This document shows positions 39,419-49,813 of a stretch of 64,000 bases of DNA, in pieces; the first letter of the stretch is position 1; the number at the start of each line of letters is the position of its first letter. The DNA is from Trueperaceae bacterium (GTDB taxonomy: Bacteria > Deinococcota > Deinococci > Deinococcales > Trueperaceae). The position numbers and the translations under genes were made by a program. The stretch covers positions 2,880,001-2,944,000 of the forward strand of contig OZ243913.1 in the NCBI GenBank assembly GCA_965213705.1, read 5' to 3'. The notes beneath the pieces were generated by a model. The model was given only the letters and a program-made list of their open reading frames with translations. It ran no database searches and was not told where the DNA came from.

Positions 39419-39676
39419 ATGAAACGCTTGACATTCACGATTCCGGATGATTTAGAGGCGTTTCTCGAGGAGTATTTTTCTGAACAGGACACCCCACCGA
39501 GTTTCACGACCCTTGTGCAAACAGCCTTACGGGAGTACATCCTCAATGAACGCTTGCGAGAGCGGGGTTACCAACCGCCCCAAGAACCTTTTCATGTGGA
39601 ACCCCTCGAGGAAAAAGACGACCAAGGCGAGCCCGACGTGAGCATCAACCACGATGCTTATTTCGGCAAACCTTGA
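39419..39676 (+). CDS. Ribbon-helix-helix (CopG-like) antitoxin-like protein
   Basis: MKRLTFTIPDDL strand-helix, VQTALREY; C-terminal DVS.NHD.Y. Confidence 0.7.
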   Translation: MKRLTFTIPDDLEAFLEEYFSEQDTPPSFTTLVQTALREYILNERLRERGYQPPQEPFHVEPLEEKDDQGEPDVSINHDAYFGKP

Positions 39677-39700
39677 ACGCAATTTAGTAGGATTTTTAAG

Positions 39701-40681
39701 ATGACTGAAAAGACCTCACCGTTTTTGGAGTGCTTAAACGAAAAAGCACATCCTTTGGAAGTATATTTCTATGAGGACTACGAAACTTCTAATTGGGACA
39801 ACGTTCTCAGTCAAAAAGTTCAGCCTAACTCAGGGCATTACTTGTATCACTACACAAATCAGCAGGGTGCTTTCGGAATCCTCGAGTCCAAATCCATTTG
39901 GGCGTCTGACCCTATATTTCTAAATGACAAACAGGAAATGCGTTTGGGAATATCAGCTCTGGACAAGGCGTTTGCAGGGGTTAAAAGTGAAAAGCCTGAA
40001 GATTACGAAAAAGTAGAGTTGGCTCACGGTTGGTTAACTGAAATTGCAGATAAGCATGGCAATGAGTTTAATGGGCTTATACGTCAACGGGCTTATACAG
40101 TCAGCCTCACTACCAAACCTGACGATTTGAGCCAGTGGCGGGGCTATGGTGGGGCAGCCGGTGTAGCGTTGGGTTTTGAACTGAATTTACTCGAGGGCGC
40201 TCGTCCCCAACCCTTTTTTGCCCCCTTACTCTACGGAACCGAGACAATGTTTACGAAGCTGTTACATGAAGATATAATCTATACGCTAGAGAATCTAAAC
40301 TACACAGAGTTAAGTGACCGCAATAATGCGCTTATTACTCGCTATGCAACTTTATTACCGCTAATCAAGCATGAAGCCTTTGAGACTGAGCAAGAATGGC
40401 GGCTGGTTGTTACGGGCGACCGGATGGACTCACTAGAAACGGAATGGCGTTCCACTTTTAGTTACGCCATTCCGTACACTAAGGTTGCTCTTTGGAAAAA
40501 TGAAAAGCAAACGCCTTTCTGCGTAGGAGGCAAGCAACTATCGCCATCACAACCCGATAGAAAACCTCACGAAGGCTGCTATGCCGTCTTAGGCCCAGGA
40601 GCGAGTGACCTAGCAGAGCACTATTTCGATAGCAAACTCAATTCCCGTTTCGGTAGAAGCTCTGTTCCTTACAGAATTTAG
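39701..40681 (+). CDS. DUF2971-like protein
   Basis: LYHYT, FLNDKQE, DDLSQWRGY, KHEAF..EQEWRL; visibly AT-rich. Confidence 0.8.
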   Translation: MTEKTSPFLECLNEKAHPLEVYFYEDYETSNWDNVLSQKVQPNSGHYLYHYTNQQGAFGILESKSIWASDPIFLNDKQEMRLGISALDKAFAGVKSEKPEDYEKVELAHGWLTEIADKHGNEFNGLIRQRAYTVSLTTKPDDLSQWRGYGGAAGVALGFELNLLEGARPQPFFAPLLYGTETMFTKLLHEDIIYTLENLNYTELSDRNNALITRYATLLPLIKHEAFETEQEWRLVVTGDRMDSLETEWRSTFSYAIPYTKVALWKNEKQTPFCVGGKQLSPSQPDRKPHEGCYAVLGPGASDLAEHYFDSKLNSRFGRSSVPYRI

Positions 40682-40737
40682 TGAAGCCACCTAACTGAAA
40701 AGGAGATTATTGATGCAGCGATTACAAAGGAGTATCT

Positions 40738-41895
40738 GTGATAAATAAACTCACATACGGCATGGTCGGCGGCGGGCGCGACGCCTTTATCGGCGCGGTC
40801 CACCGCAAGGCGGCGGCGCTCGACGGCGAAATCGACTTCGTTGCGGGGGCGCTGTCGTCCAACCCCGACAAGGCGAAAGCCTCCGGGCGAGGCTTGGGCT
40901 TGGCCGACGACCGGAACTACGGGACGTGGGAAGAGATGCTCGAGAAAGAATCAGCCCGGCCCGAGGGCGAACGCATCGACTTTGTCTCTATCGTCACGCC
41001 GAACCACGTGCATTATCCGGTCGCCAGAGCCTTTGCGGAGGCAGGGTTCAACGTCGTTTGCGACAAGCCGCTCGTCCACACGAGCGAGCAAGCGAACGAC
41101 CTCGTCAAGACTGTGGACGATACGGGCGTCGTGTTCGCGGTCACTTACAACTACACCGGCTACCCGATGATTCGCCAGGCGCGCTGCATGGTGCAAAACG
41201 GCGACTTGGGCGCGTTGCGTAAAGTTATCGTCGAGTACAACCAGGGTTGGCTGGCGACGCGGCTCGAGGCGACCGGCGCAAAGCAAGCCGACTGGCGCAC
41301 CGACCCGGCTCGGTCGGGCGCGGCGGGGGCCATCGGCGACATCGGTTCGCACGCGGAAAACCTCGTCGCCACGGTTACGGGGTTGGAATTGAGCCACATC
41401 TGCGCCGACCTGACGACGTTTGTAGAGGGGCGGCAACTGGACGACGACGGCAACCTACTCTTGCGCTTCGAGGGCGGTGCCAAAGGCGTGCTCATCGCCT
41501 CACAAATCGAGGTCGGGATGGAAAACGATTTGCGCCTGCGCGTGTTTGGGGAAAAGGGCAGTTTGTCCTGGTATCAGGAAAACCCGAATTACCTCATTCA
41601 CGACACTTTGGACAAGCCGCGCCAGGTGCTCACGCGCGGCAGCGATTACTTGTGTGAGGCTGCGAAAAAGGCGTCGCGCTTGCCGACCGGCCATCCGGAA
41701 GCGTTCATCGAGGCCTTTGCCAACGTGTATTTAGGCGCGGCCGAGGCGATGCGTGCCAAAAAGGAAGGCCGGGAGCCGGCAGGCGATTTTCCGACCGTCT
41801 ACGACGGCGCAAGAGGCATCCACTTTATCGAAAAGACTGTTCAGAGCGCACAATCCGAGCAAAAATGGACCGAAGCCAAATGGAGGAAGCCGTGA
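40738..41895 (+). CDS. Gfo/Idh/MocA family oxidoreductase
   Basis: [41 protein letters not shown]. Confidence 0.92.
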   Translation: MINKLTYGMVGGGRDAFIGAVHRKAAALDGEIDFVAGALSSNPDKAKASGRGLGLADDRNYGTWEEMLEKESARPEGERIDFVSIVTPNHVHYPVARAFAEAGFNVVCDKPLVHTSEQANDLVKTVDDTGVVFAVTYNYTGYPMIRQARCMVQNGDLGALRKVIVEYNQGWLATRLEATGAKQADWRTDPARSGAAGAIGDIGSHAENLVATVTGLELSHICADLTTFVEGRQLDDDGNLLLRFEGGAKGVLIASQIEVGMENDLRLRVFGEKGSLSWYQENPNYLIHDTLDKPRQVLTRGSDYLCEAAKKASRLPTGHPEAFIEAFANVYLGAAEAMRAKKEGREPAGDFPTVYDGARGIHFIEKTVQSAQSEQKWTEAKWRKP

Positions 41896-43055
41896 GTTAC
41901 GAACCCCGCAAAGAAGACAAGTTCAGTTTCGGCCTGTGGACGGTCGGCAACGTCGGGCGCGACCCCTTCGGCGAGCCGACGCGGGAACCTTTACAGCCTA
42001 CCTACATCGTGCAAAAACTCAGCGAGTTGGGCGTGTGGGGCGTCAACCTCCACGACAACGACTTAGTACCCATCGACGCTACAGCGAGCGAGCGTGACCG
42101 CATCGTCAAAGAGTTCAAGCAAGCGCTGGACGATTACGGCCTGGTCGTGCCGATGGCGACGACGAACCTGTTCACCGACCCGGCCTTCAAGGACGGCGCG
42201 TTCACCTCGGCGGATGCTCGAGTGCGGGCCTACGCCGCGCAAAAGGTGTTGAACGCTATCGACTTAGGCGTCGAATTGGGCGCGGAGACGTTCGTGTTCT
42301 GGGGCGGGCGTGAGGGCTCGGAAGTTGACGCGACGAACAACCCGCTCGAGAGCATCGCCTGGTTCCGGGACAGCCTCAACTTTTTTTGCGAGTACGTCAA
42401 AGACCAAGGGTATGACTTGAGGTTCGCCATTGAACCCAAACCGAACGAGCCGCGCGGCGACCTTTACCTGCCCACGGTCGGCTCGGCGCTCGGCTTTATC
42501 GCCACTCTGGACCATCCCGACATGGTCGGCGTCAACCCCGAGTTCGCCCACGAAACGATGGCGGGGCTGAGTTTCGTCCACGGCGTCGCGCAGGCGCTCG
42601 ACGCGGGCAAACTGTTTCACATTGACCTGAACGACCAGAAACCGGCCCGTTTCGACCAGGACTTGCGCTTTGGGGCCGAGAACCAAAAGGCGGCGTTTTT
42701 GCTCGTGAAACTCTTAGAGGACAACGGCTACAGCGGCCCCAAACACTTCGACGCCCACGCGTTGCGCACCGAGGACGAGGCCGGGGTCTGGGAATTCGCC
42801 AAGGGCTGTATGCGCACCTACCTCATCCTGAAAGAAAAAGTGGCGCAGTTCAACGCCGACCCTGAAATAAAAGAAGTGTTGCAAGCATACAAAGTCGAGG
42901 ATGCGGAACTCGAGACCTTGAGCAAAACCTACAGCCGCGACAATGCCGAAGCGTTGAGAAACCGCACCTTCGACCGCGTGGCGCTGGGCAAGCGCGGCCC
43001 CGGCCTCGAGAAGCTCGACCAGATGACCGTCGAGGTGCTTTTAGGGGTGCGCTAG
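41892..43055 (+). CDS. xylA: Xylose isomerase (class I, Thermus/actinobacterial type)
   Basis: [53 protein letters not shown] start gives 387 aa. Confidence 0.96.
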   Translation: MSYEPRKEDKFSFGLWTVGNVGRDPFGEPTREPLQPTYIVQKLSELGVWGVNLHDNDLVPIDATASERDRIVKEFKQALDDYGLVVPMATTNLFTDPAFKDGAFTSADARVRAYAAQKVLNAIDLGVELGAETFVFWGGREGSEVDATNNPLESIAWFRDSLNFFCEYVKDQGYDLRFAIEPKPNEPRGDLYLPTVGSALGFIATLDHPDMVGVNPEFAHETMAGLSFVHGVAQALDAGKLFHIDLNDQKPARFDQDLRFGAENQKAAFLLVKLLEDNGYSGPKHFDAHALRTEDEAGVWEFAKGCMRTYLILKEKVAQFNADPEIKEVLQAYKVEDAELETLSKTYSRDNAEALRNRTFDRVALGKRGPGLEKLDQMTVEVLLGVR

Positions 43056-44494
43056 TGGAGGTCGCCCTCGGGCTCGACCTGGGCACGAGCGGGGTGCGGG
43101 TGCTGGCGGTGGATGCAGAGGGTAAAGTCGTCGCGGAGACGAACAGAAGTTATCCACTGCTGACACCGCAACCGGGTTGGACGGAACAGCGCCCGAGCGA
43201 CTGGTCGCGGGAAACGTTGGCGGCCTTAAAGGAAATGGGAGAGGAAGTCTCGAGCCACAAGATTCTCGGCCTCGGCTTGTCCGGGCAGATGCACGGGATG
43301 GTGCCGCTGGACGTGCAGGGCGAGCCGGTGCGGAACGCGCTGCTGTGGAACGACCAGCGCACGGCTCGAGCCGTTCAGGAGATGCTCGAGCGCGTGCCGC
43401 TCGAGACCTTTATAGGGCGCACCGGCAACCCGCCGATTACCGGCTTTCAAGCGCCCAAACTCGTGTGGCTGCGGAACGAGGAACCGGACAACTTCGCCAA
43501 AACGAAGCACTCGCTGTTGCCCAAGGACTACCTCGGCTATGTCTTGACGGGTGAGATGCGCTCGGAACCCAGCGACAACTCGGGGACGAATGTTTTCAAC
43601 CTTAGAACCAAAACTTGGGACGAGGACATCTTAGCCGCTCTCGACCTCTCCCCCACCCTGTTCCCCGCCGTCATCGCCTCGCACGAGACGAGCGGGAAGC
43701 TCAGCAAAGAAATGGCCGAAGCGACCGGACTGCCGGAAGGCTTGCCGGTTATCGCGGGCGCGGGCGACAACGCGGCGGCGGCGACGGGGTTGGGGCTCTC
43801 GAGCCGCCGTCCGGAACGGGGCAGCGTGAGTTTGGGCACCTCGGGCGTCATTTTCGCGCCGCTGCGGGAGCCCAAACCCGACCCTGCGGGGCGCGTCCAC
43901 CTGTTCTGCCACGCCGACGGCGGCTACAACCTGCTTGGCGTGACGCTCGCCGCGGCGGGGAGTTTGCAGTGGTACCGGGACACGTTTGCACCTGAAATGT
44001 CCTTTGACGCTCTGGTCGAACTGGCGAACTCGAGCGCACCGGGCAGCGGCGGCGTCACCTTCAAACCTTACCTGGCGGGCGAGCGCACACCGCACCTGAA
44101 CCCCGCTTTGCGTGGCTCTTTCACGGGCTTGAGTCTGGCGACAAGTCAAGCCGATGTCGTTCGGTCTGTCCTCGAGGGCGTCGCCTTCAGTCTGCGCGAC
44201 GCCCTCGACGTCATTGAGCCTTTAGCAAAGTTGGAAAGCTGTCTGGTGACAGGCGGCGGCGCGAAGTCCGCGCTGTGGTTGCAGATGGTGTCCGACGTGT
44301 TGGAAATAAGGCTCGAGCGCCCCGCTCAGAATCAAGGTGCCGCCTACGGCGCGGCGCTCCTCGCGCTGCAGGGTGTCGGTGCGGTTGAAGACGCCACGCG
44401 CGTCGCCGAGCAGAGTGCTGTGGAGACCGTCACGCCCGGCCCCGCCGAACCCTACAAAGCCGCCCTGCGCGCTTATCGGGAAGTGCCCTTCTGA
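43055..44494 (+). CDS. xylB: Xylulokinase
   Basis: GLDLGTSG, SGQMHG, LWNDQR, LPKDY, GAGDNAA, YLAGERTPH; adjacent to xylA. Confidence 0.93.
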   Translation: MEVALGLDLGTSGVRVLAVDAEGKVVAETNRSYPLLTPQPGWTEQRPSDWSRETLAALKEMGEEVSSHKILGLGLSGQMHGMVPLDVQGEPVRNALLWNDQRTARAVQEMLERVPLETFIGRTGNPPITGFQAPKLVWLRNEEPDNFAKTKHSLLPKDYLGYVLTGEMRSEPSDNSGTNVFNLRTKTWDEDILAALDLSPTLFPAVIASHETSGKLSKEMAEATGLPEGLPVIAGAGDNAAAATGLGLSSRRPERGSVSLGTSGVIFAPLREPKPDPAGRVHLFCHADGGYNLLGVTLAAAGSLQWYRDTFAPEMSFDALVELANSSAPGSGGVTFKPYLAGERTPHLNPALRGSFTGLSLATSQADVVRSVLEGVAFSLRDALDVIEPLAKLESCLVTGGGAKSALWLQMVSDVLEIRLERPAQNQGAAYGAALLALQGVGAVEDATRVAEQSAVETVTPGPAEPYKAALRAYREVPF

Positions 44495-44511
44495 AAGAGG
44501 GTTCGTCCTAA

Positions 44512-45396
44512 CTATCCCTCACTGAGAATTTCGTCGATGACGCGCCGGGCCTCGGCTGCTTTTGAGGGGTCGGTGTCGAGGTGTTCGGCGAGGGTAATCA
44601 GCGCTTTCCACAGCGCCCAGCCGCGGCCTCGAGCCCAGCTGTCATCGTCGGGCGCGAGCGTGGCGCGGAACGCTGCCCGGCTCTCGCCCGAGAAAAGCGT
44701 CCAAGCGACGCCCAAGTCGCAGGCGGGGTCGCCCACGCCCGCACAGCCGAAGTCGATGACGGCGCACAAGCGGCCGTGTTCGACCAGCAGGTTGCCCGCG
44801 GCGACGTCGCCGTGGAGCCAAACGGGTGAGCCGTGCCAGGTTGCCCCGAGGGCCGCTTCCCACACCGAGGTCGCGGCTGCGGCAGCGACCGCGCCGCCCA
44901 AGGCTGCGATTGCCTGCCGGGTTTCCGCGTCGTAAACCGTGAGCGGCCCCCCGCGAAAAAAGTTGTGCGGTCCTGGGGGCGGCCCGTCCGCCGCCTCGAT
45001 TTGTTGCAAGGCGGCGAGAAAGCGCGCCAGTGTAGACGCAAACTTGGGTAGGTTCGGGATGCGCTCGAGGGTCGCGTTCTCCCCCTCCAACCACCGGTAG
45101 ACCGACCACGGCCAGGGGTAGCCCTCGGCGGGCGTCCCCTGTGCGAGCGGGACGGGGATGGGCAGCGGGAGGAGCGGTGCCAAAACGGGCAACCAGCGCT
45201 GCTCCTTCGGGACTTGCGCGGCGTACGCCGCAGCGCTCGGCAACCGCACGGTCATACTCGTGCCGAGACGAAAAGTTCGGTTGTCCCAGCCGCCGGGTTC
45301 GACCGGGTTGACAGGCAAGTCGGCCCATTCTGGAAACTGCGCGGTGACCAGCCGACGCACGAGAGCGGCGTTGATAATAACTGGCGTAACGAACAT
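44512..45396 (-). CDS. Aminoglycoside phosphotransferase (APH/choline kinase) family protein
   Basis: GWDNRTFRLG, HGDVAAGNLL, IDFG, GDPACDL, RGRGWALWKA. Confidence 0.9.
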   Translation of the reverse strand: MFVTPVIINAALVRRLVTAQFPEWADLPVNPVEPGGWDNRTFRLGTSMTVRLPSAAAYAAQVPKEQRWLPVLAPLLPLPIPVPLAQGTPAEGYPWPWSVYRWLEGENATLERIPNLPKFASTLARFLAALQQIEAADGPPPGPHNFFRGGPLTVYDAETRQAIAALGGAVAAAAATSVWEAALGATWHGSPVWLHGDVAAGNLLVEHGRLCAVIDFGCAGVGDPACDLGVAWTLFSGESRAAFRATLAPDDDSWARGRGWALWKALITLAEHLDTDPSKAAEARRVIDEILSEG

Positions 45397-45505
45397 ATCA
45401 CCAAAGTGTACAAGCACCTGGTTTCTCAACTTGCGTGCAAAAGAGAGGGCAGTCTCTGTTACCCCAGCTACACATCCAAAGCTTGCACAGCGAAATAATT
45501 GCGAA

Positions 45506-45943
45506 GTGCAAGTATTGCGTCACACACCTACACAGCGGTTTATGCACGGCTTTTGGGGCATTCGGCAGAAAGTGTTTCGTCACGTCAATCCCGTATTGCA
45601 GGAGAAACACCGGTTGGACATGCCGGAATACTTTTTGCTGCAGTACGTCTCGAGCAGCAACTTAGGCCCGAGCGAGATTGCCGAGGCGTTGCAGATGCCC
45701 GCCCATGCGATTTCCCGCAAGCTCGACAGTTTGGAGCGGGGCGGCTTTTTGGAGCGCACGCTCGACCCGAACGACGCGCGTAAGCGCGTGCTGACCATTA
45801 CCGCAAAGGGGAAAAGGATGTTGCAAAAAGCCAGTGAAACAATAAACGAAGAAGTCGAAAGCCTGCTGTCCGCCCTCGAGCCAGAAGCGCTCGAGCAGTT
45901 TCTCACCTCACTGGAAGCCCTATCCACCTCGGAGACTTTATAA
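45506..45943 (+). CDS. MarR family transcriptional regulator
   Basis: ISRKLDSLE..GFLER..DP.DAR...LTITAKG; start uncertain (GTG 45506 or ATG 45542). Confidence 0.88.
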   Translation: MQVLRHTPTQRFMHGFWGIRQKVFRHVNPVLQEKHRLDMPEYFLLQYVSSSNLGPSEIAEALQMPAHAISRKLDSLERGGFLERTLDPNDARKRVLTITAKGKRMLQKASETINEEVESLLSALEPEALEQFLTSLEALSTSETL

Positions 45944-45956
45944 ACATGGAGACCGT

Positions 45957-47975
45957 ATGAACTTATCCGCCAGGGACAGAAATTTTACGCTTATCGGTAT
46001 TTTGCTCGCACTGTTTTTAGGCGCGCTCGACCAAACCATCGTGTCGACCGCGTTGCCCAAAATCGTCGAGGACTTACAGGGCTTGCAGCGTTACGACTGG
46101 GTTGCAACCTCTTACCTGCTCGCCTCGACCGTACTGGTGCCTATTTACGGAAAACTCGCCGACATGTACAGCCGCAAAACCATCGAGCTGTGGGCCATCG
46201 GCGTGTTTTTGCTGGGGTCGTTTTTGTGCGGGCTGGCGGGCGAGTTCGGCTCGCTGCCGCTCTTAGGCGACGGCATGAACCAGCTCATCGCCTTTCGCGC
46301 CGTTCAGGGGTTGGGCGGCGCGGGGCTGTTCGCGATGGCCTTCATCATCATCGCCGACCTGTATCCCCCGGCCGAGCGCGGCAAGTACCAGGGCTTCGTG
46401 GGTGCGGCCTTCGGCATCGCCAGCGTGCTCGGGCCGGTTATCGGCGGCTTTTTGACCGATCACGGCAGCGGAATTATCCCCGGCATCGCGGGGTGGCGGT
46501 GGGTGTTTTACGTGAACGTGCCCTTCGGCGCGCTGGCGCTGTGGTTCATCATCACCCGGATGCCGAAGCTCGAGCCCACAGGCGAAAAGCAGGGTATCAG
46601 CTACTTGTCGGCGCTGCTGCTCGTCGGCGGGCTCGTCCCGCTCGTGCTGGCGCTGCGCTTGGACAAAAACCAGTATCCCTGGGGTTCGCCCACCACGCTT
46701 ATCTTGTTCGCGGTGGCGGCGGTCGTGATAACGCTGTTCGTGATTCGTTCGCTGCGCTCGAAGCGGCCCATCCTCGACCTCAGGTTGTTTAAGAACAAGG
46801 TGTTTTTGACGTCCAACCTGGCGCTGTTCTTTTTGGGCGCGGCCTTTTTGTCGACGCTCGTCTTTTTGCCCCTGTTTATGGTGACGGTTGTCGGCGTGTC
46901 GGCGACGAGCGCGGGCGTCAGCCTCATCCCGCTGTCGCTCGGACTGGTCTTCGGCTCGGTGGTGTCGGGACAACTCGTGTCGCGCTACGGGCACTACCGC
47001 ATGTTCATGTTGGGCGGGCTGGTGATTTTGTTCGGCGGGGTCGTGTTGCTGTCACGCTTGACCGTCGACGCGACCTTCTGGCAAGTGGCGGCTTACATGG
47101 TCGTGGTGGGTTTGGGGCTGGGGCCGTCGTTCCCGCTTTACACGTTGGCCGTGCAAAACGCGGTCGAGCCGCGCAAAATCGGGCAGGCGACGAGTGCGGT
47201 GCAGTTTTTCCGGCAAATCGGGCAGGTTATCGGCGTCGCCATCATGGGCACCGTCTTCTCGACGACGCTGACCCACAACATCCAACAAAACACCGCACAG
47301 TTCGCGTCGCTCGCCCCGGCGGGCCAAACCTCGTTCAGCGCCGAGGGCGGGGGCGGCGCGATAGACACGGCGACCATCACCGCCAACATCAAGCAGTCGT
47401 TCGAGGCGCAGTACACGCTCTACGAAGACGCGCTCATCAACAGAAATCCTCAAGCGGTTCAAGCGGTGCTCGCCGACCCGAACGTGCCCGAACAGTACAA
47501 AGCGCCGCTCCAAACCACGGGTGCAGCTACGCCCGCGACTGCACCGGGCGTTGATTTTGAGGCTATTGCGGCGGCGGTCAACGCGGGCGACGCCGACGCG
47601 CTGACAGCGGGGCTCGCCGGTACGCCCATCCCGGCGTTCGCGCAAACCCAAATCGTCCAGGCGGTCCAGGACCCGGCGCAGCGAGAGGGTGTGCTCGAGC
47701 GTCTGCGAACCCAACTGGGTGCCGCAACCGCGGCAGGTGCGCCCCAAAACGACGACGAACTGCTCACGGGTTACAAAGCGCAACTCGACGGGCTCTCCAC
47801 CACCGTCGCCGCGCAGGTCGGCGACGCCATCCGCCAAAGTTTTACGGCGGCGGTGACGCGGATTTTCTTCTACTCGCTGTTCGTCATCGTGGCGGGCTGG
47901 CTAATCACTTTTTTCATTCCCGAGTTGCCGCTGCGCAAAACCTTCGACAACCCGGCTCCGGCGATGGCCGACTAG
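45957..47975 (+). CDS. DHA2 (EmrB/QacA) 14-TM MFS drug efflux transporter with a large loop
   Basis: LDQTIVSTALP, YGKLADMYSRK, RAVQGLGG, WRWVFYVNVP. Confidence 0.92.
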   Translation: MNLSARDRNFTLIGILLALFLGALDQTIVSTALPKIVEDLQGLQRYDWVATSYLLASTVLVPIYGKLADMYSRKTIELWAIGVFLLGSFLCGLAGEFGSLPLLGDGMNQLIAFRAVQGLGGAGLFAMAFIIIADLYPPAERGKYQGFVGAAFGIASVLGPVIGGFLTDHGSGIIPGIAGWRWVFYVNVPFGALALWFIITRMPKLEPTGEKQGISYLSALLLVGGLVPLVLALRLDKNQYPWGSPTTLILFAVAAVVITLFVIRSLRSKRPILDLRLFKNKVFLTSNLALFFLGAAFLSTLVFLPLFMVTVVGVSATSAGVSLIPLSLGLVFGSVVSGQLVSRYGHYRMFMLGGLVILFGGVVLLSRLTVDATFWQVAAYMVVVGLGLGPSFPLYTLAVQNAVEPRKIGQATSAVQFFRQIGQVIGVAIMGTVFSTTLTHNIQQNTAQFASLAPAGQTSFSAEGGGGAIDTATITANIKQSFEAQYTLYEDALINRNPQAVQAVLADPNVPEQYKAPLQTTGAATPATAPGVDFEAIAAAVNAGDADALTAGLAGTPIPAFAQTQIVQAVQDPAQREGVLERLRTQLGAATAAGAPQNDDELLTGYKAQLDGLSTTVAAQVGDAIRQSFTAAVTRIFFYSLFVIVAGWLITFFIPELPLRKTFDNPAPAMAD

Positions 47976-47988
47976 ACGGGCTTGTTGC

Positions 47989-48062
47989 GTTTTTGGCTGT
48001 ATTTTTTGGCTGTGTCTTTCGGCTGTGTTTCTCAGCTGTGTCTTTTGGCTGCGTCTTTGGGT
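47989..48062. repeat. 13-bp tandem repeat, about 5-6 degenerate copies
   Basis: GGCTG(T/C)-like cores at 47995, 48008, 48021, 48034 and 48047; consensus TCTTTTGGCTGTG. Confidence 0.8.
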
Positions 48063-48110
48063 CACGCCGCTCGGCCCGACTCTTACCGCGACCTCAGGAC
48101 CCGACCTTTG

Positions 48111-48166
48111 CCACCGTACCCTCGTCACTGTACCCTTACCATCGTACCCTTGTTACCGTACCCTTG
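48111..48166. repeat. 14-bp tandem repeat, 4 copies
   Basis: CCACCGTACCCTCG / TCACTGTACCCTTA / CCATCGTACCCTTG / TTACCGTACCCTTG. Confidence 0.8.
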
Positions 48167-48228
48167 ACCCGACCCTGCAGAGACTGCGCCGCTCGAGACA
48201 AAACGCTCGAGCGGCGCGTGCTATTCTA

Positions 48229-49587
48229 ATGAACGTTATGACAACAACTTTGCGGGCGCTGTCCGCTCTAGGTACGGCTGTAGCCACGACTGTCGTCGGC
48301 GCGCTTTTTCTGGGCGCGGCGTGGGCGCAGAACGTGACCCAGGAGGTCTGGGTTATCCCCATCGAAACGCAGATAACCGCAGCCACCGCCCAATTTGTAA
48401 AGACACGTGTCGAGTTGGCGAACGAAGCGCAGCCCCTGGCGCTCGTCTTTTACCTCGACACGCCGGGGGGGGCCTTAAACGCGATGCTGGACATTGCCGA
48501 CACGATTTTGCAGCGGGTCAACGTGCCCACCATCGCGGTGGTCGAAAACGCTTTCAGCGCGGGGGCGCTCATTGCCATGAGCGCCGAGCAACTCGTTATG
48601 CTGCCGGGCTCGTCTATAGGCGCAGCTACCGCCATCAACGGCATCACCGGCGAGCAGGCGAGCGAAAAAATCAACTCGGCGGTGCGCGAAAAGTTCCGCT
48701 CGGTCGCCGAAGCGCGGGGCCGCAACGCCGAGGTCGCCGAGGGAATGGTCTCCGAGCGCGTCGAGGTGCCGGGACTGTCCACCGACACCGAACTCATCAC
48801 CTTGTCGGCCGCGGGCGCGGTTCAGTACGGCGTTGCCGACCTGCAAGCGCAGAACCTGAACGACGCCCTAGAGCAGCTCGGTTACGGCGGCGTGGAAACC
48901 ACACGTTTGGAACCCAACTTCGCCGAACGCATCGGCACCTCGCTCGGCAACCCTTTGATAGCGGCGGCGCTGCTGGTCGTCGGTTTGGGCGGAATACTTA
49001 TCGAGGTGTTTACGCCCGGCTTCGGAATTCCGGGGATTTTAGGACTGTTGGCGCTCGTCGTGTTCGGGATGGGCGCGTTCGTGGCGACGCCCGCGGGCGG
49101 CATAGACCTGGCGCTGATTTTCGGCGGGGTGTTGCTGCTGCTGCTCGAGGCTTTGGTCATTCCCGGCTTCGGGGTGGCGGGGATTTTGGGGCTGGCGGCC
49201 ATCCTCATCGCCATCGTGCGGATTTTTCCGAATCCCGCGCAGCTCGCTTCGGTACTGAGCTACACGGCGATTTTCGGCGCGGTGCTGGTCGCGGCCTTTT
49301 TCTGGCTGCTGCCGAACTCGCGCTTTACCCGCATTTTTGCGCTGTCCACCCGCCTCGACAACGAACCCGGCACCGACCCCGAGCGGGCGCGACTCGTCGC
49401 CAGTTACGACTACCTCAGGGGACAGCAAGGCGTGGCGACGACCGACTTGCGCCCGGCCGGGGTGGCCCAGCTCGGCGGGGAGCGTATCGACGTGGTCACC
49501 GAAGGCAGCTACGTCTCCAACGGCAGCCCTATCGAGGTGCTGCGCGTCGAGGGCACCCGTGTGGTGGTGCGCGCCGTCGAAGTTTGA
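48229..49587 (+). CDS. nfeD: NfeD family membrane-bound ClpP-class protein (YqeZ-like)
   Basis: LDTPGG, A.SAGALIA, SIGAA, TPGFG.PG, TDLRPAG..DVV.EG OB domain. Confidence 0.9.
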   Translation: MNVMTTTLRALSALGTAVATTVVGALFLGAAWAQNVTQEVWVIPIETQITAATAQFVKTRVELANEAQPLALVFYLDTPGGALNAMLDIADTILQRVNVPTIAVVENAFSAGALIAMSAEQLVMLPGSSIGAATAINGITGEQASEKINSAVREKFRSVAEARGRNAEVAEGMVSERVEVPGLSTDTELITLSAAGAVQYGVADLQAQNLNDALEQLGYGGVETTRLEPNFAERIGTSLGNPLIAAALLVVGLGGILIEVFTPGFGIPGILGLLALVVFGMGAFVATPAGGIDLALIFGGVLLLLLEALVIPGFGVAGILGLAAILIAIVRIFPNPAQLASVLSYTAIFGAVLVAAFFWLLPNSRFTRIFALSTRLDNEPGTDPERARLVASYDYLRGQQGVATTDLRPAGVAQLGGERIDVVTEGSYVSNGSPIEVLRVEGTRVVVRAVEV

Positions 49588-49813
49588 AGCGACCTGAGAA
49601 CTGCGCGTTGTGCTGCGCACAAGGTCGTCCCGCCGGAGCGAGGTGAGACTGCCTGTAACCAAAGAACGATGAAAAACTGCCGTTCTCCCGCTTTTACCCA
49701 GCCTCTTCACCCGGTAACGCCTTTCAGCAACGACTTCATCCGGCAACAGCCTCACTCGGCACCAACCACTCAGCACCAAACAGCCTCCGAGCTGCAGCCC
49801 CTAAGGAGTACAC

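Noticed and set aside
44512..45396. Bona fide aminoglycoside resistance gene
   Set aside because: Belongs to a broad APH-like kinase family; no mobile context, and substrate cannot be inferred
47989..48166. Possible CRISPR array
   Set aside because: Units are 13-14 bp, directly abutting and degenerate, with no unique spacers; no cas genes nearby
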